Of a DNA stretch of 64,000 nt, positions 63,590-64,000 are shown piece after piece. A model generated the notes under the pieces. The model ran no database searches. It was not told where the DNA came from and saw only the letters and a list, made by a program, of their open reading frames with translations. The number at the start of each line of letters is the position of its first letter. Within the stretch, counting starts at the first letter, position 1. This DNA comes from the human T2T-CHM13v2.0 reference genome, Homo sapiens. Location of the stretch: assembly GCF_009914755.1 (NCBI RefSeq), contig NC_060927.1; one strand, written 5' to 3'. A program made the position numbers and the translations under genes.

Positions 63590-64000
63590 AATGTATTCAC
63601 TCAATGCTTGTTTATTGAGCACCGACTATGTGCCAGACACTGTTATAGGGGCTGGGCTCCCAACAGTGAAAAGGGCAGGCAAGATTCCTGAACTTAAGTA
63701 GCAGTGATATAGAGAATGTTGAGATGGTAATACTTGTTATAGAGAAAAATCAAACAGGGAAGGGAGATAGAGTATTCTGGCATGGAGAGGAGGTCTTGAT
63801 TTTATCTGTGGTGAGAGAAGACTTCACTGAGAGGTGAAGGAGGGAGGGAGGAGGTTGAGCAGCCACCTGGGAGACAGTCATCAAGGCACTGAAGCAGGAA
63901 CGTGCCCAGCATGTTTGAAGAACACGGAGGAGGCCGGTACGGCAGAGCAGAGTAAGGGAGGGGGAGAGGGATAGGGGCTGGAGTCAGAAAGATGTGGCCT
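63590..64000 (-). mobile_element. L2 3' end
   Basis: tattcactcaa...tttattgagcaccgactatgtgccagacactg and ggaggccggt..ggcagagcagagt. Confidence 0.8.

Overview
Primate (very likely human) genomic DNA, mostly interspersed repeats (Alu, L1, ERV/MaLR LTR elements, DNA transposons). The one credible host gene is a small minus-strand IQ-motif gene that I recognise as IQCF6 (IQCF cluster; locus assignment from memory). The sequence supports a two-exon, 127-aa form (MDTQN + [15 protein letters not shown]...), 20 aa longer than the 107-aa product starting at MVRR that I recall as annotated. The first ~20 kb is a pile-up of broken retroviral elements: an internally deleted HERV-I-like provirus, an LTR12/ERV9 provirus inserted into its env, an antisense MER4-group element, an LTR10-like solo LTR and a HERV-H/LTR7 3' fragment, several joined at abrupt breakpoints. 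A complete THE1A element sits inside an ancient env remnant at 49-53.6 kb. I see no evidence of a new multi-gene system. The best leads are the IQCF6 N-terminal exon, a potential LTR12-driven spliced Gag transcript and a composite Alu insertion. Repeat subfamily names come from recalled consensus sequences and need RepeatMasker/Dfam confirmation; repeat boundaries are approximate unless a target-site duplication (TSD) is cited.
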